Both the position numbers and the translations under genes were made by a program. Below, piece by piece: positions 22,199-34,552 of a stretch of 45,400 bases of DNA; the stretch's first letter is position 1, and every line of letters begins with the position of its first letter. The notes under the pieces were generated by a model. The model saw only the letters and a list, made by a program, of their open reading frames with translations, was not told the DNA's origin and did not search any database. The stretch is from Nemertoderma westbladi (lineage: Eukaryota > Animalia > Xenacoelomorpha): contig JAUCBJ010008429.1 in the NCBI GenBank assembly GCA_032718475.1, forward strand, positions 1 to 45,400, in the 5' to 3' direction.

Positions 22199-22610
22199 GT
22201 TACGTGGCAATCTGGGATCTACAGCTGGGCTAGTTACACCGCCTACGCCCCAAACTGCGCACGTAACGGACAATGAAGACGCTGGGAGTGAAGTCACGTG
22301 GAGTGCACCAGGGACCCACCAGAATAACACTCCCAGCAACATAAAGCTCAGTCGACGAAGTCATGTGGGATGGGGTTACGCAACATTCTGGGATCTACAG
22401 CTGGACTAGTTACACCGCCTACGCCCCAAAATCCACGCAACGGTCCCACCAGAATAACGCGACTGAGAAACATAAAACCCTCTATCGTCGAAGTCATGTG
22501 GATGCACCATGGACCCACCAGAATAACGGGATAGAGGGGGTGTTGCGCGGCAATCCGGGATCTACAGCTGGACTAGTTACACCGCCTACGCCCCGAACTG
22601 CGCACGCAAC
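22199..22610 (-). other. Array of two interleaved structured RNA motifs (3 copies each) between pol and the accessory ORF
   Basis: Conserved internal loops closed by stems with compensatory changes. Confidence 0.7.
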
Positions 22611-22888
22611 GGACAACATAACATACTGCGATGAATACAATGAATTCCACTTCAAATCTTTTCCATTTCCAATAATCCAATATCGTTGGTCCCGATGACC
22701 AAAATCAGGGTAAACAATGCATAAACGACCCTGCGTCAGTCGAAACATCTGCAGGGTGACGCTGGACTCCACATAACACACGAGGAAACACAAATACCAT
22801 TGCGTGGTTACAGTTGGTTTAAGGGGGGTCCATTTTCATTGTCGATAAATCACAGTTTAAAAGAGTTTGTCAACAGGATGAGAAGGGT

Positions 22889-25800
22889 TTACACGCATTT
22901 GTAATTGTCACCAATGTCTGCAGCAGGATCTTGAGTAGGGAACTTATCACCTCTCGTAGAATCACCGCTGTCATTGCCTTCAAGAAGGCACAGCCTCTGG
23001 ATAGGGAGTTGGTAGTGGCCCTTTGCCGTTCGTATCGTCACAGTCCTCACAAGTCCGTCTTTACTCGGATGTATTGTCACAACTCGCGCCATAGGCCAGT
23101 GGATGCGGTCTTTAAGATCTTCTTTTACTAGTACCATGTCGCCAACTTCGACATTCCTGTAGGTGTTGTTCCACTTCCTCCTGGTCCGGAGGGTTATGAG
23201 GTACTCCTGGGCCCAGATTCTCCACCAATGCGCTGCCAACGCTTGGGCCTTCTTCCAGTTTGTATGTCTCGCAATATCGTTGGGATCCGGAAACATTGTC
23301 TCCGGGAGAACGTGAGTTTTAGGTCTCCCCAGTAGGTGATTAGGAGTAAGGGGCTCCAGGTCTGTGGGGTCGTCGCGGATAGGGACAATGGGTCGGTTGT
23401 TCAGGGTAGCCGTGATCTCGCAGAATGTTGTGCGGAGGGTGTCATGGGTTACCCGGGTGTCTCCTAGAGCGACGCGCATGGATCGTTTCACTAGGTCGAT
23501 CAGTTTCTCCCATACCCTGCTCGTATGGGGTGCTAAGGGGGTCTGGAAGTGCCACTGTATCTGGTGTTCCTTCCAGACTTGGGATGCGGTGTTATCGGTA
23601 AACCATCCCTCGATCGCCTCTCTAAGTTCTCTTTCTCCTCCCACAAAGTTTGTGCCGTTATCGGAATACATGTGACGACATGTCCCATTGCTTGCCACGA
23701 ACCGACGCAGAGCGTTGATGAATGCGTGTTGTGTAAGGTTCACCACAATGTCTAGGTAGATTGCCCTAGACCTAAGGCATGTAAATATGGCCCCCAGCAT
23801 TTGATGTTGGATCGTCGTTCGATGACTGTAAACGGACCGAAACAGTCCACTCCGGTGACGTAGAATGGTGGGGAATCGGGCTGTAGACGGGTGGCTGGTA
23901 AGTCGGCTATCTTTTGTGTGAGTGGTGGCGCTAGATATCTTCTGCAGACAAAGCAACGTTTCAACACTTTCCGGATCAGTGGCTGGATGTGTGTGATCCA
24001 ATATCTTTGTCTTATATTAGCTATAATCCAGTTTTGTCCTGCGTGATGGTTCTCCTCGTGACATTGTTGAATTAATAGCTTGGCTAGTGTTGAAGTTCCG
24101 GGCAGAAGCGCCGGGTATTTAACCTCATATTCGACCGGGGCGTTTGCCATCTGGGTATTCAGTCGGATCAGTCCGTCCTCTCCCATCATTGGTCTCAGTT
24201 GGTAGACTGGGCTATCCGGTTTCAAGGTCTTGCCCGCACTGAGTTGTTCCCACTCATCGGGGAAACTTTCTCTCTGGACATATCCAACGATACACTTCTC
24301 CGCGATAATGAGTTCTTGTATACTCCGTTGAACTATCGGCTTGTTGTTTTTCCACCGTAGGAAGTTGCGAAGGGTTATAATGTGGTGGATGAGCCGTCTC
24401 ATTGATGAGGTTCGCTCGATCAACAGATGTAAAGACGCCGCTGGTTGCATGATCGTCGCAACGTTATAGTGCCTGCCCGAGTCCTTTGCAGGCTCAGTCA
24501 GACAGCTATAAATTTCCACTGCGTTGCTTCTATGGACTTTACGGATCTCTTTATTGTCCTCGGAGTATTTTCCGCTATCGAGTTCGGGGTTGAATCGGGT
24601 ACTCCATGTTAATTGTGGCTGCTGTAGGAATTCCGTGCCTGTAAGCCAGAGTTTACTTTTACTGAGTTGTTTTGGGGTGGCGCCTCGGCTTGATAAGTCC
24701 ACTGGATTTTCTTTCCCGTTCACATGGTGCCACTGTTCTCGGCCAGTACACTGTTTAATCTCCGTGGCTCGGTTCGCAACAAACGTAGTGTGACGCTGTG
24801 ATGGAGAGTGGAGATAATAGGGAACTATACTCGAATCGACCCAGAAGTGTTGAGACTCGATGGGGATTCGTAGGTTCCGCATGACCATGCGATTCTGTCT
24901 TACTGCCCAAACTGCAGCCTGTAGCTCGAGTCTTGGAATCGTTGCTACGGATTCCCCGGATACTGTCTTGGCTTTAGAAAATAAGAAGCTCGTATCGCCG
25001 TTTCCATCGTTGCTGAGTCTTCATAAGAAGGTGACTACGCCAATTCCGGTATTCGAAGCATCCGAGAAGGTATGGAGCTGGAAGATATCGGTGGGTAGTT
25101 TATCGAGGAAGAACGGTCGAGGTATCCGCATAAGATGTAGGTGTTCGAGCTGCTCCGTCCATTTTCTCCATTTGACGCTGAGGTGTGGGGGGAGTTCTTC
25201 GTCCCATCCCAGTCCTTCTATCCACATTTCCTTAATCAGGTTCATTCCGGCCATTCCGGCATTACTGGAGATATGAAATTTAGTGGGTCGAAGATGGCGC
25301 TTTTTATCGACAAACATCCCCTTTTTGTCATAGGCTTGGGTAGGGGTTTATATTTGAAAATGAATTCGTCTGATTCTATGTCCCATTCAATCCCGAGTAC
25401 ACGGTGTTCCACATCCTCCGAATACATTTTGTTGTTTTCCAGTCGGATGTCCTCCGGAAACTTTTCCATAAGTGTTTTGTCGTGGGATCTGAACTTCACG
25501 AGCGGAAAACCTCCTTTCTTTAGACATTCTACCATCCCCATTGCTAGCCGATATGCCTCGTCCACATTATCTGCGCCGGCGCATCCATCGTCCACGTAAA
25601 AGCATCGTCGGATGGTTTCTATTACGGTTGGAGGGAACTCGTTTTCGCACATAGTTGCCGTCCTCTTCAGCATGTCACTGCATGCTACCGGCGAGTCCTT
25701 AGCGCTGAAGATCCTGACGACCATACGCATTATGTCTACGTCCTTTATTGTGAGTTGACTAATCTCCTGTTGAGTTAGTGTTTTATCCGTCCATAGGATA

Positions 25801-28800
25801 CGTAGACAGTATGAGTCTCTTGGTAGCGTACGAACTTGATGAAACATGGCCTTGATGTCGCAGGTGAATGCTACCCGGTTTTCCCTGAACCTGATCAATA
25901 CGCCGATGAGTGTACTATATATGTTGGGTCCCGTGTAAAGCTGACTGTTTAGGGATTCGCCCTGGTACATAGCGGCGGCATCATTTACCACTCGGATTTT
26001 CCCACCCTTCCGGGCTTCTACCACATAGTGGGTTGGGAGATAATATGTTCTTTTACCACCTTGCAGTTCATTCCGTGGTACCATTTCTGCTAATCCATCG
26101 TCGAGATATCCTTGGATTACGGTATTATATTTCTCCTTTATCTCGGGTTAGTCATTCAGCCGGCGTAGAATCCCCTTAAGTCGCCTAAGTGCCATGCTGG
26201 CGTTGTTTGCCATTGGTTTGTTTGGGTCCTTCCATAACATAGGTGAACACCAGTGTCCGTCTTTGAACGTGGCTTGGTCGAGAACGTCCATACAATATTG
26301 ATCCTCTTCGGACGGGTTTTCGTCCTTTTCAGCGAACTCCTGGGTCTCTAGATTAAAATATTTCGTCATCTCTTGTTGGGTTTTCTCGGTCTCCAGAAAC
26401 AAATCCTCGTCAAGGTCCGTAGCTGAGCAATAACCCACGGAGGTTGCATTCTCTTTAATCTGACATTTGGGAAGGTAGGTATAGGTGTCAGTAGTTTCTT
26501 CCTTAATGCCGCAGAGTGTCCATCCCATTATTGTTCGTTCAGCATAAAATCCGTCATCCTGTTTTATAGATCGGGCGATATCTCCGGTGGGGATGTGTAG
26601 TTCCGGTGTATCAAGTCCGATCAGTAGGGTGATGCGGTTTACGTCCAACTGCGGACACCTCAGATCTACATCGTCTCGGTCCAATTGTATGAGGGGGGCG
26701 TACTCGGCCGATTGTCGGAACCGCACTCGGAGGTCTGTGTGTACCAAGGCGTTCTTGATGGTTAACTTAACCGTTTCGTAGCCCTTCATCACTCCTTCCA
26801 TCTGGAGTTGCACCTCCCCGGACTCTACCTCTCTGTTATCGGTGATGGTTTGTATGGGCCGTTTACAAGGTTCATATTCTAGGCCGAGTTGCTCGAGGAA
26901 ATCCCGGTCGATGATGGTTCCGTCAGACCCGTTATCAAGGAACGCGAGCGTCGTCAGGGATTTGCCGACTCCTTGAATCCTTACTGGGATTACCTTTGCG
27001 AAGACCATGTAGCGGCGATTTATAAGATTAATCGTGGCTGAAATATTTGTTACTTGTGGTGTATCGGTAGAGATTTTAAACGGGTTGGTTTCTCTCCGTT
27101 GGGTTGTCCGGGTTCCTTTGAAAACGTGGTTCGTTTCTCCTCTTCGCTTGGCTTCGATCCGAAAGGGGAGGGTAGTGAAATCGAAGTTCGCGGGGATGTG
27201 GAGGAGCGTGTGATGACGTTGGTCGTTACAGACGGCACAGCACGATCTTTGGTCGCAATCCCGAACATAGTGACCTGTTCCAAGACACCGGAAGTATCCT
27301 CGGTGTTTCATTATCGCCTCGAAGCGTGGGACGAGTTCGGCGAACTGAAACTTCCTGCAGAATTCCACTTTATGTTTCTCTCCACAGAAGAGACAGAGGA
27401 GGGAGTTTGTGATGCCTTCCCTCTCGGGTGCCCAATTCGCAAGGTAACACGCCCATTCCTCGGTGGATGTCGGTTCCTCGTAGTCTTCGTCGTTGGAATC
27501 CTCGGCCATGGTGATGGCCATCGTACTCACCGGTGGGGGGCGGAATCTCGGTTTCTGAGGGGGTATCTTACTCCTGGAGTTGCTCTCTATTCCGTCCAAC
27601 TTGGCGAGACTCTGTTTTGAAAACATCGAGTCATTCATGGCTTCGGAGATATCGTCCAGGAATGCCGACATTTCAAGGAAGCTAGGATCTCGATCTGGAT
27701 GTCTGCGCCGGAGATCTACGCATTTATAAGCCCACTTACTTTGTAGCCATCCGGGGAACTTCCGGGCGATCTGTCGGAGGTTTAGAATGTTGTTCACCTG
27801 GTCCTCCTTATTCAAGGGTTTCAGAGTATAGTAGGCATCCTTCATAGAGTCGGAGAATTCCTGGATGTTCTGTGGGTCCCCTAGTGATCCCGCGTCCTGT
27901 ATCAGTCTCTCTAGAGTTTTATTAATTATAGTTCCGGTATTTCCGTATCTTTTATCTAGAGTTTTCCATGCGTCATAGTATGCCTCATGAGAACCTCCCT
28001 CAAAACACGCAATAATTCGGCGTGGTTTGTCACCCAGGTATTACGATAAATATACCAATTTCTGTGCGTCGGCTATGTCCGTTGATCCAATCTGCGCAAA
28101 GAACTGTTTCTTGAATCTGAGGTAATCGACGGGATCTCCTTCGAATGTGCGGATCTCCATCTTGGGCATGGCAAGGCGGTTTTCCAACGCCCGGATAATA
28201 CCGACATCGTCTGAACTGGAGTGACTCGGAGGGTTATAGTTATTGGCACTCACTCCCATACTCGATGGATCAATGATAGATGGAGTTTTAATGATGACGC
28301 GACTACGGGTTTGTGGTGTGGATGTAAATGGGTTGTTGGATCGGGGAGTGGCGTCCCGTTCCGAGTCCCTTTCAGGCTCGTACTTGGGTACACTCGTTGT
28401 CGTGGGGTTGGATGGGAAACACGGTTCCTCATTTTTCAGCGTAACCGGTGGGGGATGGAACACCGGTGCTTGTGCCGATAACGTAGACTGTATGATAGGC
28501 GGGATCTCGGGTTTCGGAAGTTTTGCCGCTGTTGGTGTAAATGACTTCTCTAACTCCGGTACCGGGATTGGTTCATATTCCTGATCTATTTCCCTTTCCC
28601 AGTCCTCGTATAGTTGGATATCTCGTTCTATAAGTGCGGCTTCATATTCCGCGAGTTTCGCAATATCCGCATTCTTTTTGTGGATGAGAATCGCTTGGGC
28701 CTCGGCGTGTTGTTTACGCATTTCTGCTTCCCATTTACGTTGTTCGATCTCTTGTTTGGCTTCTCGTTCACGTTGTTCAGCTTCCTGTTTGGCCTCTCGT

Positions 28801-29606
28801 TCACGTTGTTCAGCTTCCTGTTTGGCCTCTCGTTCACGTTGTTCAGCCTCCCTTTTGGCCTCTCGTTCACGTTGTTCAGCCTCCCTTTTGGCCTCTCGTT
28901 CACGTTGTTCAGCCTCCTGTCTATGTTGTTCGGCCCGCCGTTCGACCTCTTGTTCGGCCTCCCGCTTTTGCATTTCGGCGGCTAATATGTCTTGCTCGGT
29001 TTGCAGTTGAACGTACTCATCTTCCATCCGAGTTTTGAGGGCTAATGCCTTCTGTTCTCGTAGCTGATCTCGGAGTGGCGGCCCCCCTTGAGAACTGCGC
29101 GCTGAGCCGGATATCTCCCTCCTAGCGCTGGAGCGCTGGTGTCTTGAGGACCCCGTTTTCTTTCGATGAATTGTGGTCCTGGTATTGGAGGTTCGCACCG
29201 ATTCTGCGTCTGTTCTTTCAGCTCTCTTGTAGTACTGTTCTTCGTAGCCTCTCACGAGGCTAAGGGTCCTCCGGTGTTGTTTGCGGAATTCGTCTAGGCG
29301 TGCAACGTGTTCTTCCAATTTGGGATAATTTACCTGGTCGGTGGCGGGGATGAGTTCTTGGTACGCCTGTATCATTCTCTCATATCTTTGTAAGATATTT
29401 CGGATACTCTGAAGCTGAGTTTGTATCTCGTTGAGGGGGGTTTCGACTCCCTTGAGTTGTTTCTCTATACGTTGGTAGGCTCGAGTGACTCCGCCTTTGA
29501 GAGCACCTAGTCGACGAGCCATGTTCTTGATGTTCGGTACCTCGTCGGTTTCGGAGTCTGTGTGGTGATCCATCTCATCGGTATCGGATACGTTATTTGT
29601 CGTCAT
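22889..29606 (-). pseudogene. gag-pol: gag-pol polyprotein with in-frame stops (28041, 26148, 25021) and frameshifts (about 25270 and 23790)
   Basis: Three Cys/His knuckles, protease FLDNGS, RT YVDD, RNase H FSDAS/PRLEL, integrase HHCC + DDE, Pao C-terminal WPMARV..HP..DG.VR. Confidence 0.95.
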
Positions 29607-29794
29607 TGTAGCGCCTCGTCGATAGCTAGATAGGCGATGTCGTAAAACAGTTCCTCGTAGGTATTGTACTCAGCTTGGACCACCCGAATGGTAATCCTGA
29701 ATCGTCCGACGTTCGTTCCTTGTACTTCAACCTCGACGTGCCAGATTCCTGGCTCAACTTGGATTATATCAATGGGTGTGATCGATACTTCCAT
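29603..29794 (-). CDS. 63-aa ORF overlapping gag by ATGA (copy 1)
   Basis: Same as 16878-17069 with one V/I difference. Confidence 0.5.
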   Translation of the reverse strand: MEVSITPIDIIQVEPGIWHVEVEVQGTNVGRFRITIRVVQAEYNTYEELFYDIAYLAIDEALQ

Positions 29795-30340
29795 TCCCTG
29801 TTAACAACTCTCCAAATATGTGATCTGCCGACTACGAGTTGGTTAGATCGAGTTTGTTGATTAATTAAACCACGACTTAGTCTTAGCTCAAATACCAGAG
29901 TTACCTCGTAGTGGGTGCTGGCAAGCACGTAGAGAGTTTTGAAGAGTATTGTAGGATTCTCAACTTCCACCAGTTGAAGTTGGCCGCGTTTTATTCTCAA
30001 TTTTGACACCCTGTCAAAATTGACCGAATTATTCTCAATCTTGTTGCCGTTATCCCGACACCAGGGGGGGAAAAACGCCGATGCTGGAGGCGGGGCTTTA
30101 CAGACCACGGAGTCCCGGCCAGTCACCGGATATTGATTGTGGAGAAGGAGGAATTTCTTAGATGCAGGATTGCGGTTGAGAAAAAGCTGCATTGGTTGGA
30201 TATATTCTTTAATGTAGTTAACCCTGTTACAATCCTGATTGAGAATAATTTTGGGCTTCCCCAAATCAATATACACCAAATATTCACAATAATTATACAC
30301 GACAATATAAATCCCTACAGTATATTATTTAATTACCCAC

Positions 30341-31537
30341 TGTTCGCTCAGATTTTAGCCTAACTAATGTTCCCCAGATTTTCCCTCGGTCCTAGTCTTG
30401 ATGCCGTAGTGTCGGTGTCGGTCGACCCTGTCGCGTGTCCGTTCCACCCCTCCCGAAACCCGAAGGGATCGATCATCGAGAACCAGCACGGCTTGGCTAA
30501 GGGTCGGTCCAGTCGGTAGACTCTGTCGCGTATCCGTACCACCCCTCTCGAACCCCGAAGGGATCGGTCATCGAGAACCAGTACGGCTTGGCTAGGAGTC
30601 TGTCGTGTCGGTGGACCCGTTTGCGTGTCCGTCCCACCCCTCACGAACCCCGAAGGGGACGATCATCGAGAACCAGTACGGCTTGGCTAGGGGTCCGTCG
30701 GTTCATCGCAGAAACCCAACCACCTAGGCTTTCCGAGTCCCTTTCAGGCTCGTAGTCGCTTCGGCATCCGAGAAACTGCTCCGAACAGTCGGTAGGCCGG
30801 TAGAGTCCAGTCCTTTGTCTTTCGACCCCGTCGCGTGTCCGTCCCACCCCTCACGAACCCCGAAGGGAACGATCATCGAGAACCAGTACGGCTTGGCTAA
30901 GGGGTCTGTCGTCGGTCCCGTCGCAAATCCCTGGTACAAGCAGCCGGCGTTCCGATGTCCTTTTCAGGCTCGTAATAACTGCTGTTGACCAGAGACCGCT
31001 AAGGGCAGTCCTCGTCAAACCCTTCCTCTGTTAGTCGGTAGACCCTTTCGCGTGTCCGTCCCACCCCTCACGAACCCCGAAGGGAACGATCATCGAGAAC
31101 CAGTACAGCTTGGCTAGGGGTCTGTCGTGTCGTTTCCCGTCGCAAGTCCCTGACACAAGCAGCTGGCGTTCCAATGTCCTTTTCAGGCTCGTAATAACTG
31201 CTGTTGGCCAGGGACCGCTAAGGGCAGTCCTTGTCCTTTAGGCCTGGCGCATTACCAAATCCACCTCTACAGGCAGCAGGAAGTTGGCCAGGGCCTAATA
31301 GTAATCAGGCTAACCTGAATACTGCTTGAATTTTCCATCCCCCCTTGGCCCTTATAAACATGAAATTAGTCCCGTACCCTGTAAGTCGCCCCAAAGTTCG
31401 CCCATAAATCGCCCCCAGTTTATAGAATGTGCCCAAAACCCATGGTCCCGCACCCAGTAGTAATATCGGAATAATCATTTTAAATTAATACAAAAAATAT
31501 TCAACTCGCGTTATAAAAAGTTGAAATACCGCGAACA
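30341..31537 (-). repeat. 5' LTR, 1197 bp
   Basis: Near-identical to 17617-18813, with a sharp junction to the minisatellite at 31537/31538. Confidence 0.85.
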
Positions 31538-32373
31538 GGGCTAATAAATTAGGTTAGTTTGCCATCTGGGCTATTAAATTAGATTAGTTTGCCATCTGGG
31601 ATATTAAATTAGGTTAGTTTGCCATCTGGGCTATTCATTTAGATTAGTTTGCCATCTGCGCTATTAAATTAGATTAGTTTGCCATCTGGGCTATTAAATT
31701 AGATTAGTTTGCCATCTGGGCTATTAAATTAGATTAGTTTGCCATCTGGGCTATTAAATTAGATTAGTTTGCCATCTGGGCTATTAAATTAGGTTAGTTT
31801 GCCATCTGGGCTATTAAATTAGGTTAGTTTGCCATCTGGGCTATTAAATTAGGTTAGTTTGCCATCTGCGCTATTAAATTAGGTTAGTTTGCCATCTGGG
31901 CTATTAAATAGGTTAGTTTGCCATCTGCGCTATTAAATTAGGTTAGTTTGCCATCTGGGCTATTAAATTAGGTTAGTTTGCCATCTGGGCTATTAAATTA
32001 GATTAGTTTGCCATCTGGGCTATTAAATTAGATTAGTTTGCCATCTGGGCTATTAAATTAGATTAGTTTGCCATCTGGGCTATTAAATTAGATTAGTTTG
32101 CCATCTGGGCTATTAAATTAGGTTAGTTTGCCATCTGGGCTATTAAATGAGGTTAGTTTGCCATCTGGGCTATTAAATTAGGTTAGTTTGCCATCCGGGC
32201 TATTAAATTAGGTTAGTTTGCCATCTGGGCTATTAAGTTAGATTAGTTTGCCATCTGGGCTATTAAATTAGGTTAGTTTGCCATCTGGGCTATTAAATTA
32301 GGTTAGTTTGCCATCTGGGTTATTAAATTAGGTTAGTTTGCCATCTGGGCTATTAAATTAGGTTAGTTTGCCA
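31538..32373. repeat. 30-bp minisatellite, right part, about 28 units
   Basis: Same unit as 14478-14797. Confidence 0.97.
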
Positions 32374-32458
32374 AATTCAACCAATGAAAAAAAGATAAAT
32401 TAGCGGAATTTTCTCTGGACCAATAAATCATATATGCCTCTGTTTTTATCCTCTTTAG

Positions 32459-32673
32459 GCTACGAACATCTCCAACAGTTCTGTGTTTCCGCTGTGTCTG
32501 CCATCGTGAGCCCCTATATGCTCCAAGACATCGCCATCAGGGTCGCTGGCTTTATGACCGATATGAACGCCGGAACCACATTGGCCGGAAACCTTCGGAG
32601 CCATTTCTTAGTGCCCGTCGTACACAAATGCATTCATTACTTCACCGTCTTCATTAAACAACGATTACACCAG
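32459..32673 (+). CDS. ZSWIM8: ZSWIM8 penultimate coding exon (GYEHLQQFCVSAVSAIVSPYMLQDI...KQRLHQ)
   Basis: Phase-1 start matches the 14477 donor. QFCV.A....SP..LQ.I motif, ctctttAG and GTTTGT borders. Confidence 0.92.
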
Positions 32674-33058
32674 GTTTGTCAACCATTTCTCTCCCAAAAA
32701 TTAGTTTTTAAAACTTGTGGACAAAATTTTGAAATATTGATCAGAAGTGTAATAATATTAATAAAGTATAAATGTTTTCTTTATTTTGGGCAAATGCGGA
32801 GTTACATATTGAGTGGAGCAAAAAAAAAATGAGAAATAGTAAGTAATTGCGAGTAAAAGGCGTTTAAAATGTAAACCTTCCCGCGCGAAAATTCGAAAAT
32901 TTCCATGGAATTCTCTCAAAATGCAAAATTATTGGAAGTGTGGCTGTTTCAGACTGTAACACTACTTACTACCAATGGTTGTTTATTTATTTATTATATT
33001 TTTACGACAATATTACTTGTTTTTATTGCTAGAACGATCCTTAAACGTTGTCTTTCAG

Positions 33059-33250
33059 GTCGCTCCGAACGACTACGACGAACTCATTGCGATTATCATC
33101 ACCGCCCGCGGCGCTTTCAACATGTCCGCCGATGGAATGAACCAATTCAACCAATTAATGCAGTTTATATATAAAAGTAAATCGTGTAGGAAGGAACTAT
33201 GGCAACGATTATATACAAGTTTAGCTTCGGGGAAGATTCCGGGAAATTAA
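33059..33250 (+). CDS. ZSWIM8: ZSWIM8 last coding exon (VAPNDYDEL...KELWQRL...GN*)
   Basis: P.DYD......AR.AF.....GM.QFN......SK...KELWQR terminal motif, ctttcAG acceptor, TAA. Confidence 0.93.
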   Translation, partial: VAPNDYDELIAIIITARGAFNMSADGMNQFNQLMQFIYKSKSCRKELWQRLYTSLASGKIPGN

Positions 33251-34450
33251 TATGGCGGGAAATGCATCTCTTTGTTACCTGGCAACGATTGGATGAATCT
33301 TTTGTTTATTGCCAGGCAACGATTGGGTGTATCCGTTTGTTGCCTGGCGACCATTATTTGTTTTTGTTTGTTGCCTAGAGACAGTAACGGTTGAGGTGGG
33401 GTGCAATAATTGATATCATGGTGACAGTAACAATAACACCTTATTTATCATTAGGTTAGATATAATAGTGCATGAAGGTTGGATCAGCTGTTAGTACTCT
33501 CAAATAATCTCCTTACCCCACCTTTTTAAGGTGTCTAATTTTATGCACTACTTTCGCTTTATTTTCGCAAATCTTTATGCACTTTGCATTGTGCACTATG
33601 CACCTAACATATTGCATTCCGACACTTTCTTTTTAATCGCACCGTTCGAGATTTGGGATTATCATTTGATTTCCTACAGACCGACAGACTGTCATTACAA
33701 TTTTAGACGAAATCCTTAGACTTTACTGGCGGCACTTTATTTATAGAATTGTCCGACGGTTCTTGTCTTTTAGCAAGTATTTTAGACTGTACAGTTGTTA
33801 TGGTAGGGTGTTTGTTTTATTTGCAGCTTATTTATTAGTAACTAATTTATTAACATTTGTCAACTAATTACACTAAATTACTCGGAAGGAAATATTATAT
33901 TATTGTTCAAGCACGTTAAGTAATAACCTCCTGTAATTAATATTCAAGGACCGGTCTATATAAAAAATATATTTCATATAGTAATAGCTCAACAGTTAGT
34001 AGCGCCTGTTTTGCAAAAGTTTGAAATATTTTATTTACGCCCACGCAGGCCAGTCATAAACAAGCAGAAACATGATTGGCGCAAGTTTGTGATGCTGCCT
34101 CCCATGATAGAGATTAGTTACAGAACAGTACATCCATCTCTTTTCATTATATCGTTACTTCTTTCTCCTATTGGGATTTCTAGATGTAGTTAACGAGCTT
34201 GAATAATTAAATTATATTTCTTTATAATTAATAAATATTGCAAATGTTTCAGTTTTATTTATTGTGAAACAAATTTTGTAATCTTTTATTTGGATTTATT
34301 TAAGTTGTTCGGCGGGTTTTTCCTTTTTCTTAGTTTATTTAATATTTATTATTAAACTGATATAAATATGTAGTTTAAATAGAATTTGAATTCTTTATTA
34401 TTTTTTTTAATTTAATTCTAAAGGTTAACTGTATAACGTATCGTTAAGGT

Positions 34451-34521
34451 AACACCTCGTTACTAAGACAACACCTCGTTACTAAGACAACACCTCGTTA
34501 CTAAGACAACACCTCGTTACT
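34451..34521. repeat. 19-bp tandem repeat, about 4 units
   Basis: AACACCTCGTTACTAAGAC. Confidence 0.9.
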
Positions 34522-34552
34522 TAATAATAATGTTGAACGAACTTTATAGATC

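Larger units (their letters stand above)
14792..31537 (-). mobile_element. Bel/Pao LTR retrotransposon, tandem LTR-internal-LTR-partial internal
   Basis: Gag-PR-RT-RNaseH-IN order with Pao motifs (LHTFSDAS, TIPRLELQAA, YSDNGTNF), two 1197-bp LTRs and a PPT. 14792-18813 duplicates 27517-31537. Confidence 0.95.

Noticed and set aside
22281-22337. Hairpin-ribozyme resemblance (GAAGTCA, ACCAGAATAACAC)
   Set aside because: The loop-B partner strand and a paired NGUC substrate arm are not found.
32434-33174. ORF-track ORFs 32434-32832 and 32905-33174 as separate genes
   Set aside because: They are ZSWIM8 exons read through intron sequence or in the wrong frame.
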